Positions 24,701 to 37,419 of a stretch of 64,000 nt of DNA are shown piece after piece (the first letter of the stretch is position 1; each line of letters begins with the position of its first letter). The notes beneath the pieces are model-generated. The model made no database searches and was not told where the DNA came from. It saw only the letters and a program-made list of their open reading frames with translations. The translations under genes and the position numbers were made by a program. This DNA is from Podarcis gaigeae (taxonomy: Eukaryota). The stretch lies in assembly GCA_964106915.2 (NCBI GenBank), contig OZ066915.1; one strand, written 5' to 3'.

Positions 24701-27700
24701 AGGTGCAGGACTGCACGGCCATATATCATGTTCTCATGGGTTGAAACCATCCGTATATCAGCCAGAGGTCTAGAATCTCCACATCACCTATACGTGCAAC
24801 TACACTGAAGAAATGAAAAGCTACAATAAGGGGAAGACATACTTTCCAGACTCTGAATTAAAGTTCTGTACTACAGATTCTCCTCTTCCTCAATCAGCAA
24901 TCATAGAAGCCTACTGGACTGAAGTACATATGGCTGTCCAGGATGGCCAATGATAATAAATGACAAGTTGTGTGGTCCAGCAACAATATCTCAATGGCCA
25001 CAGGTTCCTCTTGTTGGGAGGGAATTTTGGGCAGCAGATAAAGAAAGGGGAAGAATGGGCTGAGAAGGAGAATGGGCTCTCTCACCAAGATCCGTTCAAA
25101 CTCTCCTCTTTCAGTGCCAAGCATTATTCTCCCAACCATCAGCTAAAAATCTACCTATGCGACCAAGGAAGAAATCCATTCAAAGGTGAAGTGTTATCAC
25201 TTGTGATGTCTCAGTTGCATTCCATGGATGTATCAACACTTAGTACCCGCACTGGTGCTGGCAATGGTAAGGCCATGTGGCTGTGGGTTTTGATGTGAGG
25301 TTGTCCATATGTGTGAGAGCACCACAGCCAATCTCATTGCAAGCCTTGCTAAGAAGAGAGTGCCTCCCCCCATCTTTCTCAATGAAGAGCCATTAAATCC
25401 AGAATTGCACTTGATTTAAAGAGTTGTGTTATGCAAGTCTCTAGCCACTCTGAGAAAATATTTAACTGGAGCAAAGCTTTTGCAGGAATATGGGCCAAAC
25501 TATCACGTCTCGATATAATTTACTTTCAAAATATCAGCAAATATGGAAATCACATTCTTTGAGTCGTTTTTAATATCAGAAGATGAATTTTTAGAAGACG
25601 GCTGCGGGGCACAACTAGCCTGCTAGATCAGGACGTACCCGACTCAGACCTGGGCTTGGCATACAAGTGTAAGTTGCGTGCTATTGTTTTTTTTAAAAAA
25701 GCAATAATTTAGAAAGGGCAATTATTCATTCGATTATGAAGGGTAACAATTATCATATTACCATAGATCATGTTATTTCCCCTTGAGTGCACTACAATAG
25801 TTCAGTATAACAAATGGCAAGAAGGTGCCAAGAACTGAGTAATAAATAATACTTTTGAATATTTTTCAGAAGGTTGACCCGGTATGCGTATGTACATATC
25901 AACACATGTACCCACTTCACCCTGTAGCTCAAATCTGTCCTCAAGAACAACCATCCACTCAGGAGATGACTAAATCATATGTCCCATCACCAGCCTGGTC
26001 TAACCAAGCCATACCTATTTTATTGCTAGAGTTGCCTAGGGCCCCACATTCACCTCACTGTCTCCTTGCAAGTGACTTGCTTTGAGAAATTTCATTTCCA
26101 GAAACCTCATTTTCTGGGTCATGAGGAGGACGTGAGGGAGATATCATCTCCAGGACCCTGTGAGCCTGGAGCGTAGATTCAAAATGACAAGCAGCCAGTG
26201 CCTGACTACTGGGCACAATAGATCTATTAATTAGGAAGCATTTTGTAATGTGTTTGCCAAGGTACAAATGAAGGGAAACTGTTTGCAGAAAGCATAACCC
26301 CAAACCTACAAACCCTTTCTCTAGGGGAATCTAGAATTCCGCAGGAGTCAGATAGTGCTGTTCTCTACCCTGCACTGCTTGTTCTCCAGGCCACCAGAAC
26401 CAAAATTTTCTTGGTACAAAGATAGATAGATGAGGCTATGACATTCCCCCATCATCTTGCCTTCTTATCCTTGTTACTAGAAAAAAAATACATTAATTTA
26501 GGTTTGTTTGAGCAGTCCCTCCACCCCCATTCAAATCTACAGATCTCCTGGCACCAGTGCCTGATATGCTATTTGCCACAGAGGAAAACTGATGTTGGAA
26601 ACCCTGTATTTGGGGAAAGACTGGGTCTTGACCCTTTGCCTAGACAGGGAAAAGCATATGATCACTTCTATCCAAAAGTTCTGAAAGAACTTAAATCTGA
26701 ATTCACCCTCTCTCTTTCTCTAGGGGCTTCTGGTCAAAAGAACTGCAGCCAGCGGATGAAACCCAAGGTGCAGCTTCATTTCTGGAGGAGGCTATTTGCT
26801 AAAATGGGCTTACATGCCTGGCACAGCACACAATAGCGTTTCAAGGTAGCTGCGTAATATGCCCCCTTCATAAACTTTGAATGGCTCCAGCTCTCCGGCA
26901 GCAAGGAAAGCAGCTTGCAAATGTCATGTGAGCGGCAGCTCCAGTTACCCGGGGCCCAACTGTGCTGCATTTCTACCTTGCTATTATCTGATCCATCTCC
27001 CTGCTTGGGAGCAGACCATCATCCACTCCTTTGATACTGTTGCTTTCGGTGGCTAGGAGCTGCTGGACTCTGAATGCCGCTGGTGCCCTTAAGCGGACTC
27101 CAACGCCTCCAATGTCACCTTGGCAAGAAATGCTGCAGCTCAAACTTTGGAAGGGGGGCAGGAGAAGAAAGCAGGAAACAGATAAAGGCGGCACTGTGAC
27201 TCTGCTTGTGAAGGAGAAAGAGTCATGGAGAATGGGAATAAGGGATAGCCAATGCAAAAGATCTCTGCTCTATCTGCGCCCACTGGCCTGCCAAACAAGG
27301 CTATGCAAAATAAAAATAGGTCAGTACAGGAGCCTGGACAGACGATGCCTGTTGCATCCCCACCTTGCTATCCACCTGCAGACTTCATGCCCTACGCCCT
27401 TTGCACGTAACACCATTGCAGACACCCCCACCCCACCAACCATAGAGAATGCAAAGCAAACTACATTTCTTTCAGCAAAGAGCAGATAACCTAACCTTGG
27501 CACCCTAGGCTGGCATCTGGTTCCATAGTTCTGCAATCCTGCTTTTCCAAATGACCCAGCAGATGCAGAATGTTACCTAAAGATATGCTAAATTGGCTCA
27601 TGAATATATATAAGCAAACAGAGACGGTTGCAACTAGGTATATTAGTCTCTGCTACTCATGACAGGTACAGCCACTCCTGGCACACTGCCACTACTTGGT

Positions 27701-28312
27701 ACTGAACGGATCTCCTAGAGACGCCTTTTGATTGTCATTGTGCTAGTTTTTCTGGTTGCTCCAAATCACCTTCACGCCAGCACAGAAAACTCTGGGGCAC
27801 AGAGGAGATTCTTTGCTGTGGCAATTTCCTGTGGGCAGGAGCTGGATCATCGATACCTTCCTTTCCTTGGTATTACAAAGAGAACAAGGCACACAGTGGA
27901 GTGCCTGGTAACTGTCCCCGTCAGCAGCTTTCTCAGACCTTGAAGTGTCCTCAAAAGCTACCGTATTGATGATGCGAAGCAGGTGCCGCCAAGGGTGGTT
28001 GGAGGAAAAACCAGCTTCGTACACACAGACAGCTGATATCGACTCACTTTCCTTACACTGCTGCTAGCAACGCAAGCCAGGAGCGGCAAAGTCATGTGCA
28101 ATGGAAACGGATAGAACGGAAAGGAGGGAGGGGGAACGCCTTTTAATACCAAAAGAAAAAGAACAGCACCTGTGCCAATATAAAACTAGCTACTTCCAAG
28201 TATCTCTTGCTTTCTGCAGAACCAAGGGAACTAGAGGAGTGGTAAAATTGGGCCAAAACAAATGTGATACGGGAAGATTTGTGATTAGATCTTCCGACAT
28301 CTTCAAGGCAGC

Positions 28313-28608
28313 TGAGAGGGGAGGGGTGTGTGCTAATTTGATTTGGGAAGTGGCGCCAGTGGAGGGGATGTTTAACCCTTTCAAATTGGCACCATTTCCC
28401 TGTATTGAACCCTCCCCTCTGCCCAGAGTCACCATTAGCTGAACAGGGAGCAAAATGCAGTTATCTTTAAGGTGCTTGCATTTTTCTCTCTCCATGGCGT
28501 GGGAAGGTGTCTGGTTAACAGTAAGAGTAGGGGCATTGGAAGGGTTAAAACACATCCTCCAGCAGCGCCACTTCCCAGATTAAATTAGCACACACACACC
28601 CTCCCTCA
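28313..28608. mobile_element. Fold-back element / MITE with ~70-bp inverted arms
   Basis: Left arm gtgtgtgctaatttgatttgggaagtggcgc...tggagg...tttaaccctt pairs with right arm aagggttaaa...cctcca...gcgccacttcccagattaaattagcacacac. Confidence 0.75.
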
Positions 28609-31113
28609 CTTGTCCTCACAGATGTTTTCAAGAAAAGGAGAAAAATCAGGAGATCTGATGACAGATCTCGGACACCACGTCTGTTACTCTGCACTGCCTT
28701 CATCTCTAAGGAACCAAATTCTCATCTGGGCTGAATCCACAAGAGAGAAAAAATTGCTAGTGAGCAAATCAGAGACTTCCAATCTGATTTACACATTATG
28801 ATATGTATGGTCTGTGCTCATGCATGAGGACAAAGAGCAGGCTCACAACTGCTGCCACCCCATCAACTCTATACCAGCTTTTCCCACAGCAGTCATGATT
28901 GACATGCCCACTGCAAAATGGGAATATTTATCTCCCCATCACACTTTACACCTTTACTATACCAGTGTAAGAAGGAACCAGTTCTTCCTATGCAATATGT
29001 GTGTATGTTTGCTGAAGGGGGGTGTTTTTATTTTTGTTCAGGAGTGGTTGTGGCGATTGGCCTATCAATATATATCTTAGGATAAATGAAGGCAGGGATG
29101 TGTCACGTTCTGTACCAGACGTGAACCACATTCTTCTCTAGAGATCATAAAAATCCAGCAAATGGCATTGATCTTCTCAACACAACATCCTAAACAGAAC
29201 AGGGAAGTAGAACATCTGTCCACACTCTTGTTCAGGCTGGATGTAAGACTAGCAAAATGATGTGATGGCGCGGAACAAACCAGCAATAAGTCGCCGCAGG
29301 AACATTTGTAGCATGTTATATCATGGCTCTGAATCATAAGTCATCAGACCCTCTAATAGAATATATCACATATCACAAGGAATGAACAGGAACTTTGTTG
29401 AATGCAGGGTGTGTGCAATGGACTTCCTACCCATGACTCGGTTTGCTCTCCTCTCCTCACCCTCCCAATACATGAACTACTTTATTAAGTGGATTGCACT
29501 ATGATTGCTTTTCAGTTCTTACAGACGCTGCTCCACCCCAGTCTAGTGCTGCTAGAGAAATCGGGCACTCTTACTAACCCTAGCTGACCATCCCTGCTGC
29601 ATCAGGAAAAATGCTAATGGGCCACCATTTTTGGCATCCTGAGTTCGGTACGAATGGAGAGTGGCTCTGAGCCATGTTGGCTGTGATGTTGCGTTGTGAA
29701 GTTACTGAAAGTCAGAAGCCCAGCTGAACTAGAACTTCTACTTTCAGTAAATCCAAGGGATGGGGATAATCCATGTTCAGCAATTTGTTGTTGTTTTTAA
29801 CAAAAAAAAAGTTACAGAAGTTCACAAGTTCAGAGATCTCAACCCACTTTGGGGTGTTTGCTAAGCAAGTCAGGTGTTTCACACTGTGCCTCTCAAGGAT
29901 GGTGCAGGGAGGGTCACTGCAGGTCAGTGGGCAGACTCATGCAATAAAGCAGGATGCCCCCAATCCCCAGCAAAAGTAATGTAGAAAATGGAGATGTCCC
30001 AGAAATACATGTGCTGTATTTACTACAAATGTTACTACAAATTTCCTTGCAACTACATGAAAGCTTTGCCAAACCAAATGAGCTGACAGCCAAACTCCTT
30101 GGATTTCTTGGAGCTGACTCTCCTCTGACCCTCCTTTGCTGAGTGCCAAACTCCCAGTGTGTTTTTGTGGCTTATGCTGGATCTTCTCTAAAAGCTTCCT
30201 CCAGCAGTGGCGCCAAGGAAGACAAGAAAAGGAAGCAGTGAAAATCATCAGTATTGTGTAGCAAAATCCACTGGTTGTGCTGCAAAACTCCTTTGGTCTG
30301 TGCATCTAAATACAGCATCTGAACTTATTACCAAGCCTACTGCTGGGCTTGGTTCTAGATGAGCCAGGATGCTTCTGATAAGACTCCCCATGTTCCCAGC
30401 AATAATGCAGAAATGAATATGCAGAGATAGATGCAAGCGGCTGGAGAGGGCACCTCAGACAGTAGCCACAAAAGGGGAAAGGAGAAGGAGTTTGCAGCCC
30501 ACAAAAAAATCTTTCTTCCATCAAGACTTTAAACATGCATGGGCTACGCTGTACACAAGCCAGGAGGAAAAATCTGAATTGAGTCCCCCACTAGGTACCG
30601 TCATATCCATCTGCAGGCAGAGAATAAGCTACAGGAGGGGATAAAAGGTGATGTCCTCTCTCTTTTTAAAGTGGAATATAAATAGGATTTAAACAACACC
30701 ACCCATTTATAGTGAGTCTTTCTAAAAATTGCTCAGTTTGCATTGTCTAAATTTAATACAAACAGGTTGTGGTCCAAAAAGAATAAATAGAAGAGTATTT
30801 TGCATGGTGAAAAACCTGTATCTGCTCACATTTTAAATTTGCAATCCTAAACAAAGTTATTAGAGACTATTCTCCATTGAACTTTTTTCTTCTTCAGATA
30901 AACATGTAGAGGATTTCACTGCACACATTAGAAAGGTTAAGTGTGGATGAGCCCATAAATGAGCTGTAGCACTATAATAGAAGTGGTTGCTGCTGTATCC
31001 ATTACTAGCTCCTACTAATGTAGCCTGGTTCTCTGAATTGCAGCTTCTGGAAAGGACTTTTGCACAGTGGTGGAGCTTCTGGCCCCTGCATCCTGGAACC
31101 CAATAGCCTAGGT

Positions 31114-31367
31114 CATGAGTAGGCAAACTAAGGCCTGGGGGCCAGATCCGGCCCAATCGCCTTCTAAACCCGCCCTGTGGACAGTCCAGGAATCAGCGTG
31201 TTTTTACATGAGTAGAATGTGTGCTTTTATTTAAAATGCATCTCTGGGTTATTTGTGGGGCATAGGAATTGGTTCATATTTCCCCCCCAAAAAATATAGT
31301 CCAGCCCCCCCACAAAGTCTGAGGGACTGTGGACTGGCTCCCTGCTGAAAAAGTTTGCTGATCCCTG
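31114..31367 (+). mobile_element. hAT-Charlie MITE, OC1/OposCharlie-like
   Basis: Perfect 8-bp TSD GCCTAGGT (31106-31113 and 31368-31375); imperfect TIRs catgagtaggcaaact / agtttgctgatccctg; subterminal tatagtccagccccc...gtctgagggac...ctggctccctg resembles recalled OC1-family ends. Confidence 0.85.
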
Positions 31368-32402
31368 GCCTAGGTCTTGACTCCTTGCTGGGGTCTAACA
31401 AGAGAATTACAAAGGCCCAACTGGAATTACAAGAAGCTGCGATGCAGTATCCCCTGAAAATACTATGCTAGGGTCCAAAGAAGGGTTGCACGTTAGTGGG
31501 AGAGAGAACCACATACCTTTTGTTTTGCTCATGGCATTTCCCACAGCTAAAGAGGCAAGGCACTCTTCAGTTGAGAAACAGCTTGTCTGTAGTGGGAAAT
31601 ACTACAAGGAATCCAGCAGGGAAAATTCCAGTTTTCTGGCTTTGAGCACATCTTTAGACCTTGATGTGTACTTGCAAGATTGTGTTAGCAAGCTGTACAG
31701 ATCCTAGCTTAATGAGTACACAACGTATAAGTGGCTGAGCAAAACAAGCATCTTACAGCACAAAACCCAACACAGGGGCCATTTCAAAGGCTTGTTAGCT
31801 GGTCCTCAAAAAGATTTTCAAGCACAATGAGAAAAAATTAGTTTCCATCTCTCGTTGACAATAGCTTCAATCAACACACCCCAAGACATGCAGAATTTAA
31901 CTGGAGTGTTTGTGCTTTTAAACACAAACACACACACACAGCCAACAGGCAACAATGCTTGTCATGACAATTGCTAGCGAATCTGAACTGCAGCAGTAGC
32001 ATGAGAAATCTTCTTATTCCCCAATTATATACATTTTCTTTTCTTTTCTTTTTAAAAAGTCAAACATTAGTCACAGCTGAAGAAAAAAAACATCACCAGA
32101 TTGTTCTGCCTGCAACAACACCCTCAATACGCACTTGGCATCCTTTAAGTAATAGAGACAAGAGACAAACAGGATGCCAAATTTCCATCGACTGCAGGAG
32201 CTCCTGGGCAACAAAGGATAGAGGTGCAAGCATGATTTTGAAAAGCCAGTGAGACAAAACCTTAGTAACTAGGTTTCAAGTATGCATGTTAAAAGACTTA
32301 TCTGGAGGTAGGATCTTTACAACTTGCTTTGGGCATTCCCACCATGATTCCAATCAGCAGGGTGACCTGACACAGAATCTAGCTGCCAGAGTGTATTTAA
32401 CA

Positions 32403-32798
32403 CAATGGCTCCCCCCCCCCCCCCCCGCCTTGAAGACCACTTGAAAATTGATGAAGGTCTTGGAGGACCACTTGATATTTTTTCTGCCTATTGTAGCAAT
32501 TGTAGTGTGCTGTGCCAGGTGCTATATGATTTTTTAATTGTATTTTTATTGATTAAAGGTAAAGGTAAAGGTACCCCTGCCCGTACGGGCCAGCTGATTC
32601 TTATATACTGTATTTTATTGTATTACACTTTGAGTCCCATATGATTTGAATTACAACTGTAATTCAACAAGAATATTTAATATGTGATGGATGTGCCATC
32701 TCCAGTCTTCAACCACAAATCCATGGGTGCACCAAGGACCACCTCAATGAAGATTGCAGCCCACTGATGGCCCATGAACCACAGTTCGGAAACCCCTG
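32403..32798 (+). mobile_element. Older hAT-type non-autonomous element
   Basis: Termini caatggctccc / ggaaacccctg; repeated GACCAC subterminal motifs; hosts a Sauria/BovB fragment. Confidence 0.55.
32555..32594 (-). mobile_element. 5'-truncated Sauria SINE / BovB 3' end
   Basis: (AAAGGT)3 acccctg is the reverse of the caggggt(ACCTTT)n tail at 41640-41657; flanked by a TGATT direct repeat. Confidence 0.75.
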
Positions 32799-34339
32799 AT
32801 CCAAGATACAGAGGTGTTTAAATAAGATGAAAAGGAGTGCTTATAAAAGCCACCCCTGTTGGACATCCACAAGAAATGCAGGTTGAGCAGAGCCTGGTTT
32901 GTGGCCTGAGACAAGTAGGCTATGAACTAGGCCAGCTTGACTTGCACCTTGAGCAGCTGTTGCTCACTTCACCACCTCCACCTGCCCTTGCCCCCACTCC
33001 AGGGCCACCAAACTTACCTGGGGCAAAGAAGAAGGAGCCAGTGCAGAAGGCAGCAGGTGCTGCAACTTCTCAGCTCTAGGAACCTTTTTGGACTGAGGAA
33101 TAGTATAAAAAAATATTTTAAATAAAATAAGTACCGGTAAGCAAATGTTTCACTATTCAAAACTACAAGAAAGCAGTAATTACAGCCAGTTCCCAACCCC
33201 CAGCAAGAATAGAAACTTACATTAAAGGGTGATTAAGGAAAAGTTTTAATTAAAGGTGCAGGAGTTCTGAAAAGCCTCACTAGCTCTTTGCCTGTTCACA
33301 CTGGACAGGCCAGCACTGCAACTGTCTATGTAATATTTTTTAATGCCACAGATCAGGTCTGAAAAAAACAGGAGGAGGCGTAGTCCAACACAGAAAACAC
33401 TGGAATACAACTGCTTTCCCCAGAAGTTGTCTGGATTCTCCATAAATGTGAATGAACAAATTTCAGACCAAAGGGAAATAGCCTGGCCTCATCTGAAATA
33501 AAACCATTCCACTTAATTTTTGCTCACAAGAAATGCAAGTTGAGTCCAATGGGACTTGCTCCCAGGATTGAAGTTTAAATGATCCTGGTGATTTCCTGGC
33601 CCCAGTCTCTAATCTAGTTTCTCACTCTGTGTCATTTTTTTCATTGCTGTCTCTCCTTGAAGTTCATTACCAAGGCTCCATGGTGGATGGCAGTAAGACG
33701 ACCCATCCTGTGCTAGCGACTGCTAACAAGATGACCCTCCATATATAACCCATTGTAAACATTACCTTAGTGATGAGAAAATAGTCGTGAGAATTGGAAC
33801 TAAGAAAGCAAAGATAGGACTTTTGTACTCCTTTGGAAAAAAATGCACTTTGCCTTTCACACTGAGCTCAACAACTAGATCCTGATAGCATGAAAGTGAT
33901 ACCAGACACTGTACATTCGGGAGCATTTATAAAATAATTACTCCCCTTCCTTAAACAAAAATAATATAAGAGTATAACAGGGAAGGCAATTCTGTGTAAC
34001 CGGAGCAACTTCCCCCCCACAGCTTTATCTGGATTTTTCACTTTCTTCTGGAGTTCTGCTACTTTGATAGGTTTCAGAAGCCACAAGCTCCAACAGTGAG
34101 TCAAGTCTGGTATGGTAAACACTCGTCTATAGCAATGGTCTCTTAACTTCCTAGTTTCAGCAGCCTCTTTCCCATGTTAGCTTGTCTGAAGGCTTTCATG
34201 ATTGCCTCCTGTTAAGAGTGAGAACACACCTGATTGTCTCCTGTAACTGCACATTACAAGGAAAGATTTGGAATTGTGGGCAGGGTGCCTGTAGAGAAAG
34301 CTTGCCCATCTTTCTGGAACCTTTCCCATGGTAGAACAG

Positions 34340-34461
34340 CGAAGAGCCCTAGCTCAGTGGTACAGAACACCTGAAACTCTGGAGAGTCAGCATAGACAAT
34401 ACTGTACTGAGTTAGATGGACCAGTGGTTTGAATAGGTATCAGAAAGCTTCCTTTGTTCCT
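34340..34461 (+). mobile_element. Internally deleted tRNA-derived SINE with CR1-type tail
   Basis: A-box tagctcagtggta joined to cctgaaactctggagag...ttagatggaccagtggt...gcttcctttgttcct. Confidence 0.6.
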
Positions 34462-34889
34462 TACCCCTTCTGGGGGGAAAAACCCTAGTTTTCCTGAACA
34501 CAAGTCTGCAAACCCTTGACTTAGGGGTAGTGATTTCTCTGCCAACCACCCACATACACGCCCTCAGAACAGAAAAGTAGTTCTTGTCCATGCTCTTGTT
34601 TGCAAAGTTCTTTTGCAGGATATATTATTCTATGAATAGTGGCAATGGCCATTTGTAGACTAATGTAGACCCCAACCTCTTTCACCGCAGTACCCGCACT
34701 CCCAACTGGAATCCAAGGCTAACAGAGAATGAATTCTGAGCCCTTGGTTAGATTATGCAAAGTTGTTGAAGCAAATGACACCAGTAAGGCTACTTAACCC
34801 ACCAAGATCGCAAAAATCCTACAAGGCACCATGTCAGATTGATGTGGCATCTACAACACAGGAGATTTCATTCAGTTGAAGTTAGTTAG

Positions 34890-35345
34890 CGGTTTTAAAT
34901 TTGAATATCCCAGCCCTACAGCCATATGCTCTCAGGGCAGCTAGCGCTCAGATAAAAGCGATTAACACAGCAGAAGTGTTTTATTTTAAAAAAATTAAAT
35001 TAGCAGGAAAAGTTAAAAACAAACAAACCACACATGCAAATCTTGCAGCAGTATAACACCCAAGTTAGATAATGTTTCGAAAGAACCTGGAAAATTAAGA
35101 AGGCAGCATTAAAAAGACACATAAAAGTAGGTGCCAGCTAAGTCCATGATGTGGTGCCACAGGCAGGGAGACCCTCTCCCTTAGTTGACACACACCTAAC
35201 TCAGAAGGCGAGGGCAATTAGAGAAAAGCCTCTGATGCTTATCTTCACAGGCAGGCATGTATATGTGGGAAAAGGCAGTCTTTTAGGTAACCGGTTCCCA
35301 TACCCTGTGGAGCTCTAAAGTACCAGCACCTTGAATTGTACAGAA
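34890..35345 (-). mobile_element. L2 LINE 3' fragment
   Basis: atcccagcc...ctcagggcagct 3' end plus ggtgccac...accctctcc...ggcagtcttttaggta...accagcaccttgaattg, typical of a reverse-strand squamate L2 (recalled). Confidence 0.55.
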
Positions 35346-36459
35346 GTGTTCCAAAACTGGCAAGACACGTTCCCTTGGGCCAGTCCCAGTTAACAGTCTA
35401 GAGATGTTTCCTTTGTGTTCTTTCCGAATTTCAGAGCCTTCTTGTTGTTAGGAGGAAAAGATAAGAATAAAAGAGGGTGAGGCCCCCTTAGAGAAGCCTC
35501 AGCTGTGGCCTGGGAATGATTTTCAGCATTATTTTGGCCAGGCAATATATTTATATATAGAGAGAGAGAGATCAAAAGGCACTGAATGCAGATAATTGTG
35601 CTAATTGCATGCACAAAGCACTCGGCTCGCTCTGAGCTGCTTGCTCACGGCCAGTGTCACTGAACCCACTTCAGCCAGCAATCTCCATGATGAATGAGAA
35701 GCGAGCATGATTTCATTGTCTGGCGAGGTTGAGAGAGGGAGGGAGAAGCGTGCTGTGCTTGCTAGCACCAGAGGCTCTTCCTCAAGTGCATGAGGGACAC
35801 CCCAGCACAGAGTGCCCTATGCTAGTGTTGTGGAGGGGGGAGCAAGAGGGAGGAAGGGAAGAGATGCTGAACATGGAAGTAGGAAACAGCACCAAGCAAC
35901 AGCACATGCATGAGCTTGCATCAAGGTGGCCAACCACTACAGTGAATTAATTAGATTAAGCAAAAACAGGCTACAATATATTTATCCCATAGAGCCCAAA
36001 GCTCTTCAACATCTTTCCAGAATGACCCTCAAAGGGCCTCCTCTGGTCAGCAGGGGTTAAGAGTGGATGTTGTTCTTTAGGCTGCTGCATAGAAATATTC
36101 TCAAGTCAGCCCTAATTGTGTCCTCCCACCAACTGAGCATACTTTGGGCTCTCTCCTGCTTTAGCTTAGCAGGAGGCACATTCCACAATACAGGCTGTAC
36201 CAAACCCCAGAAAGGAGGGAGCCTATTGCAAAAGGTTTTTTGGTTTTTTTAAAGGCTCATATTAGTTGCACAAACAGTCTAAACTGGCAGAGAATCTATC
36301 AATTAACCTAGAAGAAGGTTTTGCTGCTACTATCAGAGTTCTAGAAAAATGCAGTTGATAGAATCTAAGCCTGTGATCAAACCAATGTTCTTTCTAGTCC
36401 AGAGTTCTTCAGAACTGCATCTCTTCCAAAGCATGAATCAAGCAGCCACTCAGTCTTTT

Positions 36460-36460
36460 C

Positions 36461-36501
<41 letters not shown>

Positions 36502-36502
36502 G
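36460..36502 (+). repeat. (CAGA)10 microsatellite
   Basis: Read directly. Confidence 0.95.
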
Positions 36503-37024
36503 CACAGTCCCAAGAATAAAGCATGCTTAAACTTAAAGGGATGAACATTTGTTTTGAAAAGGAAGGAGAAGCCAGCACAGCAAACAAGAAAAGAATAAAA
36601 TTTGAGCACTCGGAGCTTATCTACAACTTACCTTTTGCCCTGCACTTTCTAGGCATAGGTCTGCACTATAAAGCTCCATGTCTCAGTGTTTATTGGGAGG
36701 GGAGGGGCTTGTCCCACTGCTTTATCCAGGAAGACCTTCTATTTAACACTGAATAGGAACAAACTGAAATTTGATTTTTTGGTGGATTGCTGTTTGCTCC
36801 GATTCAGCAGGAAAGAGCATGTTTTTGCAGGGAAAGTGTTGTGGCAAAAAAGAAAAAAGCACTTGGACAAAGTGCTTTAAAGCACAGGCCTGTGCCTAAA
36901 AACACAGCATGAAAGGAAGTTTGGATGAGCCCTCAGTGCAATTCTAACCACATGCACCTTCTCCTTTAATTCTAACCACATGTCTTTTGCACCTGGTTGT
37001 TTGATAGATCTTGAGGTTCTAGTA

Positions 37025-37419
37025 CACGGGTGTCAAACACAAGGCCCGCGGGCCGAATCCGGCCCGCCAGACCTCGTCATGTGGCCCGTGTAGCTGCCGC
37101 CAGCCTTCACCTTTTATTCTCGCTTTTTTTTTTACACAAGAAAGCCGCCTCTTCAGCGCATGCGCGGCAGCCTACAAGCCAGAGAACGTCTGCCCTCTAG
37201 CGGCGCCGGCTGTTCTACACAGGAAACCTCCACTTTACATGCATTCAGGAAACCTCGACTTGTTTTTATATTGAGCGCATGCCATCCTGTGATGTGACAG
37301 ATCCAACGGCTGCCTGAACCATTCTCTCCAGTACTGTAAGTCCTACAGATACAACCGGCCCTTTGAGGGTGACCAAACTGCTGATGCGGCCCCCGATGAA
37401 TTTGAGTTTGACACCCCTG
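37025..37419 (+). mobile_element. Young CpG-rich hAT-Charlie MITE
   Basis: TIRs cacgggtgtcaaac / gtttgacacccctg; 8-bp TSD ttctagta (37017-37024) vs ttctaata (37420-37427); ggcccgcgggcc...tccggccc subterminal motifs typical of Charlie elements. Confidence 0.9.
37190..37203 (-). promoter_or_regulatory. CTCF core motif inside the MITE
   Basis: Reverse strand reads CCGCTAGAGGGCAG, a close match to the CTCF core CCRSYAGRKGGCRS. Motif only. Confidence 0.45.

Noticed and set aside
32837-33079. Proline-rich 80-aa ORF
   Set aside because: Non-ATG start, low-complexity C-rich DNA, no splice context or recognisable homology.
36940-36982. 15-bp direct repeat AATTCTAACCACATG
   Set aside because: Two copies only; ordinary local slippage, not an array.
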